From assembly GCF_052425735.1 (NCBI RefSeq), contig NC_135761.1, forward strand, positions 39,184,001 through 39,248,000: a DNA stretch of 64,000 nucleotides. The letters are read 5' to 3'. Of the stretch, positions 52,095-63,528 are shown piece after piece (positions within the stretch are counted from its first letter, which is position 1; the number at the start of each line of letters is the position of its first letter). A model generated the notes under the pieces. The model had not been told where the DNA came from, did no database searches, and saw nothing but the letters and a program-made list of their open reading frames with translations. A program made the position numbers and the translations under genes. The stretch is from Oculina patagonica (taxonomy: Eukaryota).

Positions 52095-53068
52095 TCTTGG
52101 AAAGACCCTGAAAATGAAGAAGAAAGGCAGTATAAATTATAAGCTCACCATAGAACAGTATATGAACAGTTATTGAAACCAGCGAGAACCATGCTTACCT
52201 CCCCATTCCTGAGATCTGCCTCGCGGTAAACCTCTATAAATTCTTTGAGGGGAACTTCATACAAGTTCTGTCTCTGCAAAATACAATTTGCAAAATTAGA
52301 AACGACACGATAGTAAATGTTTTCTATTCAGTGGTCCAAAATATCACCTTCATTCAACTCACCTTTCTACTCCGAGGCTTGTAATTGCAGACATCGGCTG
52401 GATAAAGCTCGCGGATTGCCTGCACTACTTCTGGAGGATAAATAAGAGACAATCCTTCTCCAACTTCATTTTCCCGCTGCAAAAACGTAGATAAAACGAG
52501 GTAAGGTAAGAATTGTACATGCTCGCCGACCACATGGTCCATGAAGAGAAATTTTCACACCTTAAATGAGCCACAATTTCTAAAATACTTTCGTGAAAAA
52601 CCTCATTTCAGGACAAAATACTATTCAACAAGCTGTAGCTTTCGTTCAGTTCTTTCGCGTATTGCATAACCACAAGCTTACCGACAAAAAGTAGAACATT
52701 TCTCTATAGATAAATGAGCGCAGATCCTTGTCAGATGCGTCTTCCTTTCCAAGAAGATCCTTCGCTTTTGTCAGCAAATTAAAGAGCTTCTTCGGGAACA
52801 CCAAACTAAAAACATGATGTAAAATATAGTTATGTTAAATTCATTTAACATAATACAGTCCTATGGAGATATCCAGCCAATCCATGAGTGAAATACCTGG
52901 GCTATTGCAACTTACTTCAGTGCTTGAAGGCACTCTTCAAGGGGACGGAGAGCTTTCTTTACCGCATCTGTGAGGCTATTTACATCTAAAAAGCACAGAA
53001 AAACTTGTTAGTAAAACGTTTGACCCAAAAACCTGACCTGAAGTGATTTAGAAACACTTACCAGCCAT
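52072..53068 (-). CDS. Intact six-exon 141-aa Kolobok accessory gene (divergent KolX-like)
   Basis: Exons 53068-53062, 52985-52916, 52805-52682, 52476-52363, 52273-52199, 52107-52072. All introns are GT(A/G)AG..YAG, phases are consistent, and there are no internal stops. Confidence 0.8.
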
Positions 53069-53705
53069 TGTATTTCCAAAATTTGCACTGCGAGTTTTCG
53101 CGCGAAATATACAAGTCTTGCTCGTGGCTCAAGTGGAACGTGACACGTCGTTCGTGGATGTTGTTCTTCACACGCATGCGTCAACTCCTGAAATCCAATA
53201 TGGCGTCTCAAAATGGCGGCCTTGACAACAATATTTCAGCCATCGAAATCTCTGCTTGTAGCAGACGTGAAGCCGTTATATTTTGGATTTGCGGTCGCAT
53301 GTATTTGAACTTTTCATATATCAAACTTTTGAGGATGGTTTATTTTTGACCTTATAGCAGATCTAATACCTTAATAACAAATGAAGACACTGTTCATTAT
53401 GTATATTAAAATTCTATTATAGTCTATTAGTATTTTGCCACGCTTATCCTGCCCGTTTAATCTCTTTGGTACAAGAAGTCTTGGGCAAGGTGTTGAAGAT
53501 AAATTAAGTCTTCTGCAGCATCAAAGTGTTACAAACGTAAGTCTTGGGTTGAAACAACAGCGTAGTCCTTGAAGCTACATTGCATAGGTAAAAGAAGAAA
53601 GGTTAGTTAAAGCAGGTGCAAGCAGTACACTGTGTACACAATTTAATGCAGTTAAATTGCAGTTACACAAGATTCTAAATAATTTAATCAGTTTATGTTT
53701 GCTGA

Positions 53706-55920
53706 TGCTTCCCTGTAGACTACCGCCTTGTTGTGGTGGGGGAGCTTGCGTGCCTCTTTGACCTTGAGAGCTATACCGTCGGGGGTCTTCCCCGAGCAGG
53801 TCTAACCTTGGCGGGCAGGTCAAAGGGTAGAGGCCAGACAAAATGGTAGTCACTGGTCCTCCAGGTTGGGGGTTGGGCGTGCAGCTAATCCCCGCACCCT
53901 GTAAAAATATATGATTACGGAAACCGAACAGAAAATTGACGAACTCATCAGGGGGTGCCGTCGGGCGACGCGGCCCCGATGATAGCTTTCTTAGCTGGAA
54001 TTCTGGTGTCACGCGTATGACAGCTGCGGGGCAAAGCCGCAAGGATCCCCGTAACCTGATTAAGTCGCCTGGGACTTCCCTCGTGACACCCAAAACTACC
54101 CTGAGATTTGGGTGTTGGAACGTGCGAACACTTTATCAGATAGGAAAGACTGCTAATGTCACCAGGGAATTCAGGAACTACAATCTGGACATACTTGGAC
54201 TGAGCGAAGTACGATGGACTGGTTTTGGAGAATTGAAAACAGCAACGGGTGAAAGCATTTTGTACTCGGGGCAGAAGAGGAGCACCATAGAGGAGTAGGA
54301 CTCATTTTGAAGAAGGAAGTAAGAAGAACACTGTTGAAATGGAACCCTGTTAACGAGAGAATCATGAGTGCACGCTTCAACTCACGCTTTGCAAAACTCA
54401 CCGTCATCCAAGTGTACGCGCCCACCAATGACGCAGAGGATGAATCCAAGGAAGAGTTTTATGAACAGCTGCAGCGGGAGGTGGAAGCAACACCCAGACA
54501 TGATGTACTAATTGTGACGGGGGACTTGAATGCCAAAATGGGAGAGGACAATGAAGGATGGGAAAAGGTGATGGGAAAGCATGGACTTGGAAGAATGAAT
54601 GAGAACGGAGAGAGGCTGGCAAAATTCTGTGGCAACAATTATTTGGTGATCGGAGGCTCTCTATTCAAGCATAGAGACATTCATAAGATCACATGGACCT
54701 CCCCGAATGGAAGGGATCAGAACCAAATCGACCATATTATCATCAATGGTAGGTACAGAGGTTCGCTGCTGGACACCCGTGCAATGAGAGGGGCTGATGC
54801 CAACTCAGACCATAGCATGGTGATGGGAAAGGTTAGGTTGAAGTTAAACAGCACAAAGAGGAAGAGTAAGGAGAGGGTCATCTTCGACACCACAAAGCTT
54901 TGAGATCCCTGTGTCAAAGAAGCGTTTCAGCTGGAAGTGAGCAACCGATTCCAGGTGTTGGCAACAGATGACGTAGAGGACATTGAAGAGAGATGGGGAC
55001 AATTAAAGGAGGTCTACAATGAGAGTGCCAAGGTGGTGCTGGGAGGGAAGAGGAGAGTGAAGAATGAATGGATCAGTGGAGAGACCTACAAGAAGATCGA
55101 AGAGCAACGAAGGTTAAAGGAGAAGATAGGAAGTACACGGTCTGTCCGCTTGAAGGAGAGTGCCACTGCTGTATATGCAGAGAAGAACAAGGAGGTGAAA
55201 GCCAGTGCCCGGGCAGACAAGCGGAGAAGGCTAAACAACCTAGCAGAAGAAGCTGAAACGGCAGCCAGAAACAACTGTAGCGGTGACCTGTACCGACTCA
55301 CTAGAAAGATAGCTGGACAAGGAAGGAACATGACTACCATCAAAGATAAAGAGGGCAAGAGACTTGTAAATGAAGACGAAGTCTTAGAGAGGTGGAGGGA
55401 ACACTTTGAGGGAGTTTTGAATGTACCACGACCTGACATACCCCTTCCAGAAATAGATCAAGCACCTGAAGTCATCACAAACATTGACACTGGTGACATC
55501 TCAATTGCTGAAATCAAGAGAGCTGTACATCGTCTGAAGAATGGCAAGAGTCCGGGGATGGATGCCATCAGTGCTGAGATGCTCAAGTGCTCTGAGAATG
55601 ATGCTGTGAAGCAGCTACACTTACTTTTCAACTCCATCTGGAAAGTACAATGTGTACCAGAGGACTGGAAGAAGTCACTCATAGTGAAAGTGCCGAAGAA
55701 AGGGGACCTCACTCAGTGTGATAACTACCGCGGTATATCGCTACTCTCCGTACCAAGCAAAATCTTCTGCAGGATCCTCATTGACAGAGTAAAGAGGGGT
55801 GTGGACGAGATGATTAGGCAGGAGCAGGCAGGATTTCGATCTGGAAGGGGAACCTCTGAGCAAATCTTTGCTCTACGGAACATCCTTGAGCAGTGCCAGG
55901 AATGGCAAGCACCTGTGTAC
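53706..55920 (+). mobile_element. RTE-clade LINE: 5'UTR, APE endonuclease and N-terminal RT, 3'-truncated
   Basis: GCWNVRTL, LGLSEVRW, QVYAPT, GDLNAK, NQIDHI, SDH, KGDLTQCDNYRGISLLS, EQAGFR. One frameshift (about 54275) and one stop (54901). Confidence 0.95.
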
Positions 55921-56178
55921 GTTACTTTGTGTTTTTTTGGGGTGTTGGGTCTTTGGATTGTGTAGGGTTTTGGAATCTGTGAGCTGTGTGTTCTCTCTCG
56001 TGAATAAATTCTGTGAATATTGTGAAAGTGTGGACAGCTTTCTTGTGTTTTCCACATTACTGGCACCTCCGATGGGACCAAGGTCCTCCAGATGTCGCTA
56101 AAGAAGCAAATGGGTGAGTTGGATGCGAAGCTAAAAGCTGTATGTCTCAGGATCGTATTTATTCGCTTGTTTGGGTAA

Positions 56179-57810
56179 GGTGACTCGATCGAAATAAATG
56201 ACCTGCTGTATGCCTGTGAAAAAATTTCTAATAACTTCACCATTTCTGACTTGATTTCCCTGAAACTTTCGCATATTACTCGAAATTTATCAAAGAACCG
56301 TTTGATAATACGCACGTCAATATGTCAATGTTATGATCGTGAGTTTTGCGGGATGTTCACTTTATTGAACACACCTATTTGGATAAAAGTGCCATTTACA
56401 GAAAACTGAGCGCTAAGATTTTGTTTAAACTTCTGCAATTAGCTCATTATAACATCTTATTGTGACTCTCTAAGTTTCCGTAAAATCGTCGGAAAAGAAA
56501 CCTCAATACAATTTGATCATCAAAATATTATTCTCGGGCAAACTTCGAGGCTTGAAACGCTCCAGCGCTTCCACATTTCACCCAAAAGTACCATAACTGA
56601 AGACAAAGAAAGTTCAATGCATCAGTTTTGTCAGCTCCAAATCACATTCAGCTATTTGCAACGATGAAAAAGTTTGAGCAAATATTATAAACTCACCATT
56701 TGCGTCAAAATGTAGGAAGGTCGACAAATTTACATTTTTCTAAATTACATGAAAACTAACCATACGAATTGCTTAAAACAACCGGACCATTAAATTGAAC
56801 ATCTCACACAAACTTTGTGCTACCGTATTTATTCGATTAAGCGCCCAACCTTGAATAAGTGCCCACCTCGAATAAGCGCCCACCCTGAAGGTACGAAAAG
56901 ATAATAAGGGCCCAGCCTCGAATAAGCGCCCACCCCTCCTCCAAGAAAAAACTGAAGTGTATAAAAGGAGTATTGATCGACTAAATACTACTAAGAGACT
57001 TCCCCGAAGACCAAGTTTTCTTAGCATTTTGTAAAAACTTTCAACGAACAGCTTAAGTTCTGGTTTGATGTATCTTCTCGTATTGTTATTATTAAATATT
57101 TTGTTGCAAAATAAGCTAACTGCTTGTTGAAAATGGTGAAAATTTAATAAGCGCCCAGCCTCGAATAAGCGCCCACTCTAAAGGTCCAAAAATTTAATAA
57201 GCGCCCAGGGCGCTTAAACGAATAAATATGGTACTCTGCGTTTCTGGAGCTGCCTTGATTTGGATGAAATAATGTTCTAAAGTGAAGCACTACTCCAACT
57301 CTCTTGTGTAAAAATTTGCACATGGATAAGGGGATTGCATTGATAGTGTTCAGTTGCTTCATGTTCTGATGTCAGAGGTGTCCTTAATTTATGCCACATG
57401 AAATTTGAAAAGGGTTGGTACTAAAGTTGAAATTAACACATTGTAGTCTGTTTATTGTCATTGAAATAACCGCTGTCTTATGCACCCCCCTTATCCATGT
57501 GTAAATTCTTCAAATTCTCATCAAATCCAAGGCAATTTGCATAGCGTCAGCTGTGGAATTCAAACGACAACATGGCCGTGTTTAAAAGAGAGTTTTCTGT
57601 TATTCGCAGTTTTGTCCAAATAGATGTGTTCAATAAAAGTAACATCGCGCAAAACTCACAAACATTACATCGACATTTTGACATGCGTATCAATCTTTGA
57701 TAAATTTTGAGTAAAATGCGAAAGTTTCAGGGAAATCGAGTCAGAAATGGTGAAGTTATTAGAAATTTTTGACAGGCATACAGAAGGTCATTAATTTCGA
57801 TCGAGTCACC
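56179..57810. mobile_element. Non-autonomous long-TIR DNA transposon at a (T)TAA site (Kolobok/Sola3-like)
   Basis: About 230-bp imperfect TIRs beginning GGTGACTCGATCGAAAT; flanks GTAA / TTAA. Confidence 0.85.
56823..57231. mobile_element. Tc1/mariner-type MITE with AATAAGCGCCC internal repeats
   Basis: 24-bp TIR CCGTATTTATTCGATTAAGCGCCC (22/24 match); TA TSD. Confidence 0.9.
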
Positions 57811-59394
57811 TTAAGAAGTGTGGCCAAATCATCAAAAATCGTGACAAGCAAACCATCAAACAACAATGTACTTCTGTAGTTTCACTGGCAGGAGAAATAT
57901 ATCAGTTAAGAGGATTGATCCAGGAGTCTAAGTTTTCTTAGGGAGAGTCAGAAGAGCAAGTCAAAATCTGGTCAGAAGAAATAGAGAAGGATCTGCGTCT
58001 GGCAGATGATTACACAAATAAAAAGGGTTGTGATGAAAGAGAGCATGATCGGGAACAGATGCGAGAAAAAGATCTGGAGCATGAGAAGCAAATTCTCAAT
58101 TAAAAGTTGCAAGCTGCTCTCAAACAAAAGGAGCAGGTAGAGAATAAATCCACTGTTAAGCTTCCTAAGCTATCCATTACACCGATTAGCGGGACTGTGA
58201 TCGATTGGGTGCGTTTTGAAAGCAGGCTGATCGGGTCTGCTGAGGGAAAAGAGCCGTACATTCCTTTCATATCCTCCGATCGCCTCGGAATTTCGCGTGG
58301 ACCACGCACTATAGTTCTTTTACATGTTCACTGATGGGGCATTAAAGGTCGGCAACATCTGCAAGTTTTTCCGTTGAGAGCCATTGATAATGGCTTTATT
58401 CAGATGTCTCATGAACCAAGCGTTTGAAAATCAGCTTAGCAACCTGGCCTAAGGTTCGAATTACTTACACACCCCGTGGGTGACGCTAAAATGATGCCTA
58501 CAACAATACTCCTCTCAGGCCCTTCCCTGACACACAATGATTTGTCACCATTGTTCCTTTCGGCCAATCGCAGCAAAGGCAAGCGAAGATCAAGGAATTG
58601 CACGAAGGTGCGACCTCGCGGGAAATAATCGCACCTAATACCAATCGAACGATCAAGGACACTCCAGCTTCTTCAACTAGCCAGCGTTATTCACTAAGTA
58701 AGGGATTTCTTTTCGTTTAAACCAGGACAATTTCGATTTATCATGGACGGCGGTTAGAATTTATCGCAGTATAGAAGAGCTACAATGGATTACAGGTGAA
58801 AAGTTTTGTGAAATGATTTTATTTTGCTCGACTTCATGTTCGAGCTTGTCACAATATGCTCGAGAATAATCACGAACTGAATGAAATCCACATTTTATCT
58901 TTCTTATCAAGCTATTCAGAAACACATGTTACTCTTTTCAAACAATTTACAATATCCTAATAATCCAAAACGCAAATTCTACGTTTTAATGACTGTGTGG
59001 TAGCAGAGCAAATCCAAATTTTACAGTCTTCATGTGTTTAATTTCGAGTGGTTTTCCTCACGTCTTTTTCGGCATTGTTTTCACGATGTGGCTCCTTGTA
59101 ATCAAAAACCCTTTGATGTATATAATAAGAAGTTTATAAGTTTTACTAAGTAAAGTTGGGTGAGCGAGGGTCTTCTGTGAAGCTTAATATACTTGTAGCT
59201 CAATCAAATCGCACAATTTATGTTCTTCCCCGTCACACAATATAAAGCACAATACAATGCACGCGGTGTTGACACGAAAGCAATCCGACCTTTGCCACTC
59301 TTTTCGCACTTTATTCCAGTGTTCGGCATTACAAAAATGATTTACCTTGTAATTAAGCTACATGTTGCTCTTTTTTTTCAAAATTCGTTCTTCA

Positions 59395-59955
59395 GTTTCT
59401 CAGAGAAGCAAGAAAAAATACTGAAAACTGCTGAATCTGGCCATAATTTTCTGCTTGCTGGCCAGGCTGGGACTGGAAAATAACATGTTGTTAAAGGTAT
59501 TGTGCGGAGTCTAAAAAGTCGCGGACGGAAAGTTGTTGTTGTGTGTTCCAGTGGTATTTCCACTTCAGTTTATAGGGACGGGGTGAAATCTTCCACCGTA
59601 TACTCGCATTATGCCTTGCAAAATGCAGATATGCCTGCTGAATTGGTCGTGACAAGAGCTACTGCACTGCCCCACTGTGTTGCCTGAATAAAAGCAGCTG
59701 ATACCATAATATGGGATGAAGCAGGAATGTTGAGCAAGCGCATCTTCGAGTTGGTCAATGCGATCCACCATGAGCTTGCAGAGGACAGTGAGAAATATAA
59801 GCCATTTGCATCGAAGCAAATAATTTTGGTGGGTGAATTTTTACAACTAAGGCCAGTGCCAAGCACTTTTGATGATGGTGATTTTATGTTTCGGTCCCGT
59901 TTGTTTGATGTGGCAATTCCCCACAGGTTTGAACTGAGACTGTTAATGAGACAGA
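59395..59955 (+). pseudogene. Second PIF1-family helicase, with stops, truncated
   Basis: GHNFLLAGQAGTGK*, VCSSGI, IWDEAGMLS, KQIILVGEFLQLRPVPSTFDDG. Clear paralog of 4773-5381. Confidence 0.9.
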
Positions 59956-60544
59956 CACTACTGAAGACATCAATGAAGGTTTCATTGAACAACCTCATTG
60001 CATATGTGGAGAAAAACCATTTACATTCTGTGTACAAATACTGTGCCAATGATGTCATGATCCCAAGGAGGGATGTCAAAGGATTATCAAAAGTATGAAA
60101 ACCATACTCCATGTTAATCGGATATCAGATAGAATTACCATTGCCTCTGCCTATTCCGAAGTTTATTGCAAGGTTTTTCATGTAAGGGGGGAGTTGTCTC
60201 CCACCCTTGCTTAGAAGGATCTGCATGGCTTTTCTACACATTTGAGCTCTGCCATAGTATTTTCCCTTCTTTTTATTATTAACACAGAAAAGGCCTAACA
60301 TGCCTATAATGCAGGCCTCACGTGTGTATGCTTCTGCAAGCAAACACTTTGGAAAGTGTATACGTTTGTGAGAATTGTGCATCCGCCTACAAGAGTCTGT
60401 TAGAACTGTTTCACGGCACCGATGCTAATTATTTGGCTAGTACTGCTGCCTTTCCCAGGAACTCAACATGTTTGGTTGATTGACTTCTCACCATGATCCT
60501 GATCAAGATGGGAGTGTAAGCAAAAGTGATAAGGCAGTGTTGAA

Positions 60545-60760
60545 GGAGTGAATGGGAATGATGTGGGAAGGTTCAACAAGAGAATTTTAGAGCTTATGGT
60601 GAAGATTGAAACTGTGTTGTCCCTCCGCAGAAGTAAGAGCAAGAATGGGAATGGAAAACTCACCCAAAATTTGACGATGGCAAGCACTGGCAGCGCTTAC
60701 AAACACGTGAAACTACCCCAACTCAATCTGAAATATTTTGCTGAAGAGGCAAGCCAGTAG
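60545..60760 (+). mobile_element. BEL/Pao gag fragment
   Basis: KHVKLPQLNLKYF (DUF1759-proximal motif); similar to 17820-17945. Confidence 0.6.
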
Positions 60761-60784
60761 ATGAGGTTTTTAGCAGCACCGTTC

Positions 60785-61165
60785 ACGAAAACCCAGAATT
60801 GCACCACCCAAAGAAGAAAATTCCACAGACACGCTTTTCCAGCGATTACAGGACCTAGTTTCAATCAGCATGACGGTCCATGAAACGTTTATAGAGAACA
60901 TTTCCTTTGAAAATGGCTGATAAAGCCTGAAACCTTCCTTGAAGGAAAACCAAGACCTGCTGCCTGATAGCTACAATTGTAATAGACTTAATTAACTACC
61001 CTGGCAAAAATTCCATGCCATGCCTAGCCAGTAAAGAAAGATGGCAATTCCCATACCTCTATTCATTTCCTAAGCGATCAGCGAGCAAACAGCATTATAA
61101 GTGTGTAAGCGCATCAAATTGTTTACAATGGCGAGCTTTGACTTCAAACAGTGGTGCAAAAATTA
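60785..61165 (+). repeat. Second copy of the DIRS/Ngaro 5' region (paralog of 44870-45260)
   Basis: CGAAAACCCAGAATTGCAC...ATGGCGAGCTTTGACTTCAAACA is colinear with the first copy. Confidence 0.9.
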
Positions 61166-61224
61166 TTATCATGTCAAAATAAAATATTATCATGTCAAAA
61201 ATAGGCAAATATTAAAATTGCTGT

Positions 61225-61600
61225 ACAACCCTTAAGAAAAAGTCTTCCCTGTAGAAACCCTGTGGGAGCCCAGTGGAATCCTGTTTACAGCCCTTTTTAG
61301 TTTTTTATAAGGCTGAAAACTAGATGTGGCAGGGTTGTAGCAGGGCTGCAATATAACCTGAGTTAAGAGAAGCAGAGCTGTGACAGGGCTGTAAAGATTA
61401 AATGCAAAGTACAACAGGGTTGTAACATGACTGTGAAGATATACATGCATAACAACAGGGTTTAAACAGGGCTGCCAAGTCATACACAGGTAGTAGAACA
61501 GGGTTGCAAAATGGCTGTAAGTTATGTTGCACAATACCCGGGTTATAATAGTGCACGATAACAAGCAGGGCTGTGTTGTAAGTGGGTTCTAGCAGGGCTG
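61225..61600. repeat. Array of CAGGG(C/T)TG motifs, EnSpm-like subterminal repeats
   Basis: About 10 copies of CAGGGTTGT/CAGGGCTG. A related inverted motif (CCTGTAAC) occurs at 37735-37880. Confidence 0.55.
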
Positions 61601-63206
61601 TGAAATTTATAAAAAGGTAACGTTTGCATATTGATCGTTCTTATAAACAAGTCATGACATGCATGTGCAAGTCTTACATCCGTGTACACATGCATCTGCT
61701 CGGTTAGCGACTTCAGCTTTAGAGCCGACGAGGCAGTTAAAACAATGAGAAAAATTGAATGAACATAGCTATTAAAGCTCGATTATTTTATTTGCTGTTT
61801 CTGTGAATATTGTTTGCTTCAACAAGCTCTGTACCCTTTGTCATATGAAATTGAGGGTCTTTATCAAACGGAAAAATCAAAGAATAAAATAGAACCTTTC
61901 CTGAGCTTACCATTAACTTAGTATACTTTATTCCGGTATCATTGGTCTAAATGGATGTTTCCACTTAAATTAAGTTAAATGTCTTCAACAAAAATACAGA
62001 CAGGTACGAAGAATAAAACGCATTACTGTATTTATATTTGGCTCGGCGGCCACTTAAGAGCAAAGATCCACTAATACCGCGCGAAAACAAAAATAGGTGG
62101 CACAAAAGTTGCACATCAGAATTCTTGATATGCCGCCCAAAGAAAGCCTATGGTAGGCCTAGAAACGCGGTGGGATTTTTTTCTTCAAATATTTCTTCAA
62201 CCGGTCAAAAACTTACAAAACCGTTATGAACCCCAGTGTCTTCTAAAACACACAAAATAAACATTACTAACACCGTGTCGTAAACTTCGCACTGGCTCAT
62301 TCGCATTAAATGAAACCCCGTTTTTGAGCCTAGAAATGGACTATTGAAGTGTTTATAAGTCATTTGAGTCCAATCTTTCTTCTGTAAGTTAATTGCGAAG
62401 GTCACGGCGAGCCGCTGAAAATCACTAAAATTCGGTTGCTCGAAATTCTTAATTTGGCGCTCTTTTTCGAGAGAGAATTACTCTACCCGGTAAAACTCTA
62501 AATAACTTGAATTTCAGATATTTTGAAAGGGGAAATGCCATTCTAAAACCTAGTGTAAAAATTTATTTCGGGCTCTCTATACGCGCTGAGTGCGAACGCT
62601 CTCAAAATACTTATAATTACAAAATTATCTGTCACTGAAACGTAAACAATACCCACATTCTCCCGGCCTGAGAGTCCAAAACGTCTTCTTCTGAGTCTTT
62701 CCTCCGTTTTCTACTAGTATTTAGATGTAATCTACAGCAGAAGTTCCCTGTTAAGATCATCCTGAACACCATATCTTCTAAATATCGAGGGTAAAGCGAA
62801 TTTCGAATGCTATCGCCATCTTTAATATCGATCAGTCTTCAAGCGTGCTGTCGACAACTTCAGTACATCTCCGTGTTGACATTCAACATTCGACCACTTT
62901 CAGGTCTGCCATGATATATTCCCATCTCTTGTTAAACAACCGTCGAATAAATATACCCTTCTTGTATCAATCCTTTGATTTCTCGACCGAAATGCCGGTC
63001 CGTTCAGTTCTCCATGGTCGGAAACAAACCAGACAAACTGTTGTTCTCCGATGACATGTTGACTAATTTGAAACTTGCGTGTCACGCAATCGCTTTCGTA
63101 CTAGTCACTCGGTAGGTTTTTGCTCACGATTGCCATAAATGAAATAAAAAAACACGATGATTTGAAAGATCAGGACGTCTAAATTAATTGTTTTGTGTTT
63201 AAGGGG

Positions 63207-63305
63207 AGGTGGATGGAAAGGGTCGAAATGAATTTCAACTTGAACGTGAAAAATTTCGGCAGAGTTTCTCAAGTTGAAATTCTTTTCGACCCTTTCCATC
63301 TACCT
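63207..63305. repeat. Hairpin / tiny MITE
   Basis: GATGGAAAGGGTCGAAATGAATTTCAACTTGA and a near-perfect reverse complement about 26 bp downstream. Confidence 0.85.
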
Positions 63306-63528
63306 AAAACAAGTAGGGGGATTATGGCACAGTTTCGACGAAAAACAATCAAAATAGAAGCCTCTACAGCAGTTGTTTTACAATATGCAAACAACCAAAG
63401 GTTAAATTAACGGCAAATCATTTCTGAGCGGCAACGTCTTGTCCAAAATAATATTGTTATCGCAAGTGCTGAACCCACTCCATCACCCCTCCCCCTCTCC
63501 GCTACACCTCACCGAAGGCACTCAACCC

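Larger units (their letters stand above)
46640..53370 (+). mobile_element. Kolobok-type DNA transposon, both ends present (6731 bp)
   Basis: Perfect 15-bp TIR GGTATTAGATCTGCT at both ends, each bounded by TTAA. Contains a + strand transposase and a convergent - strand gene. Confidence 0.9.
55916..58225 (+). mobile_element. BEL/Pao LTR end, PBS-like site and gag, split by a long-TIR insertion
   Basis: AATAAA at about 56003 and TGGCACCTCCGATGGGA PBS-like site at about 56061. MSLKKQMGELDAKLKA, resuming after 57814 through KLPKLSITPISGTVIDWVRF. Confidence 0.7.

Noticed and set aside
53575-55712. Several minus-strand ORFs over the RTE
   Set aside because: Antisense shadows of the GC-richer RTE sequence.
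56823-57231. AATAAGCGCCC repeats as a CRISPR array
   Set aside because: Irregular spacing, short repeat, enclosed by TIRs with a TA TSD, eukaryotic context, no cas genes.
62053-62600. TTAA-GAG start suggesting a Sola3-type terminus
   Set aside because: No matching opposite end found in the window.
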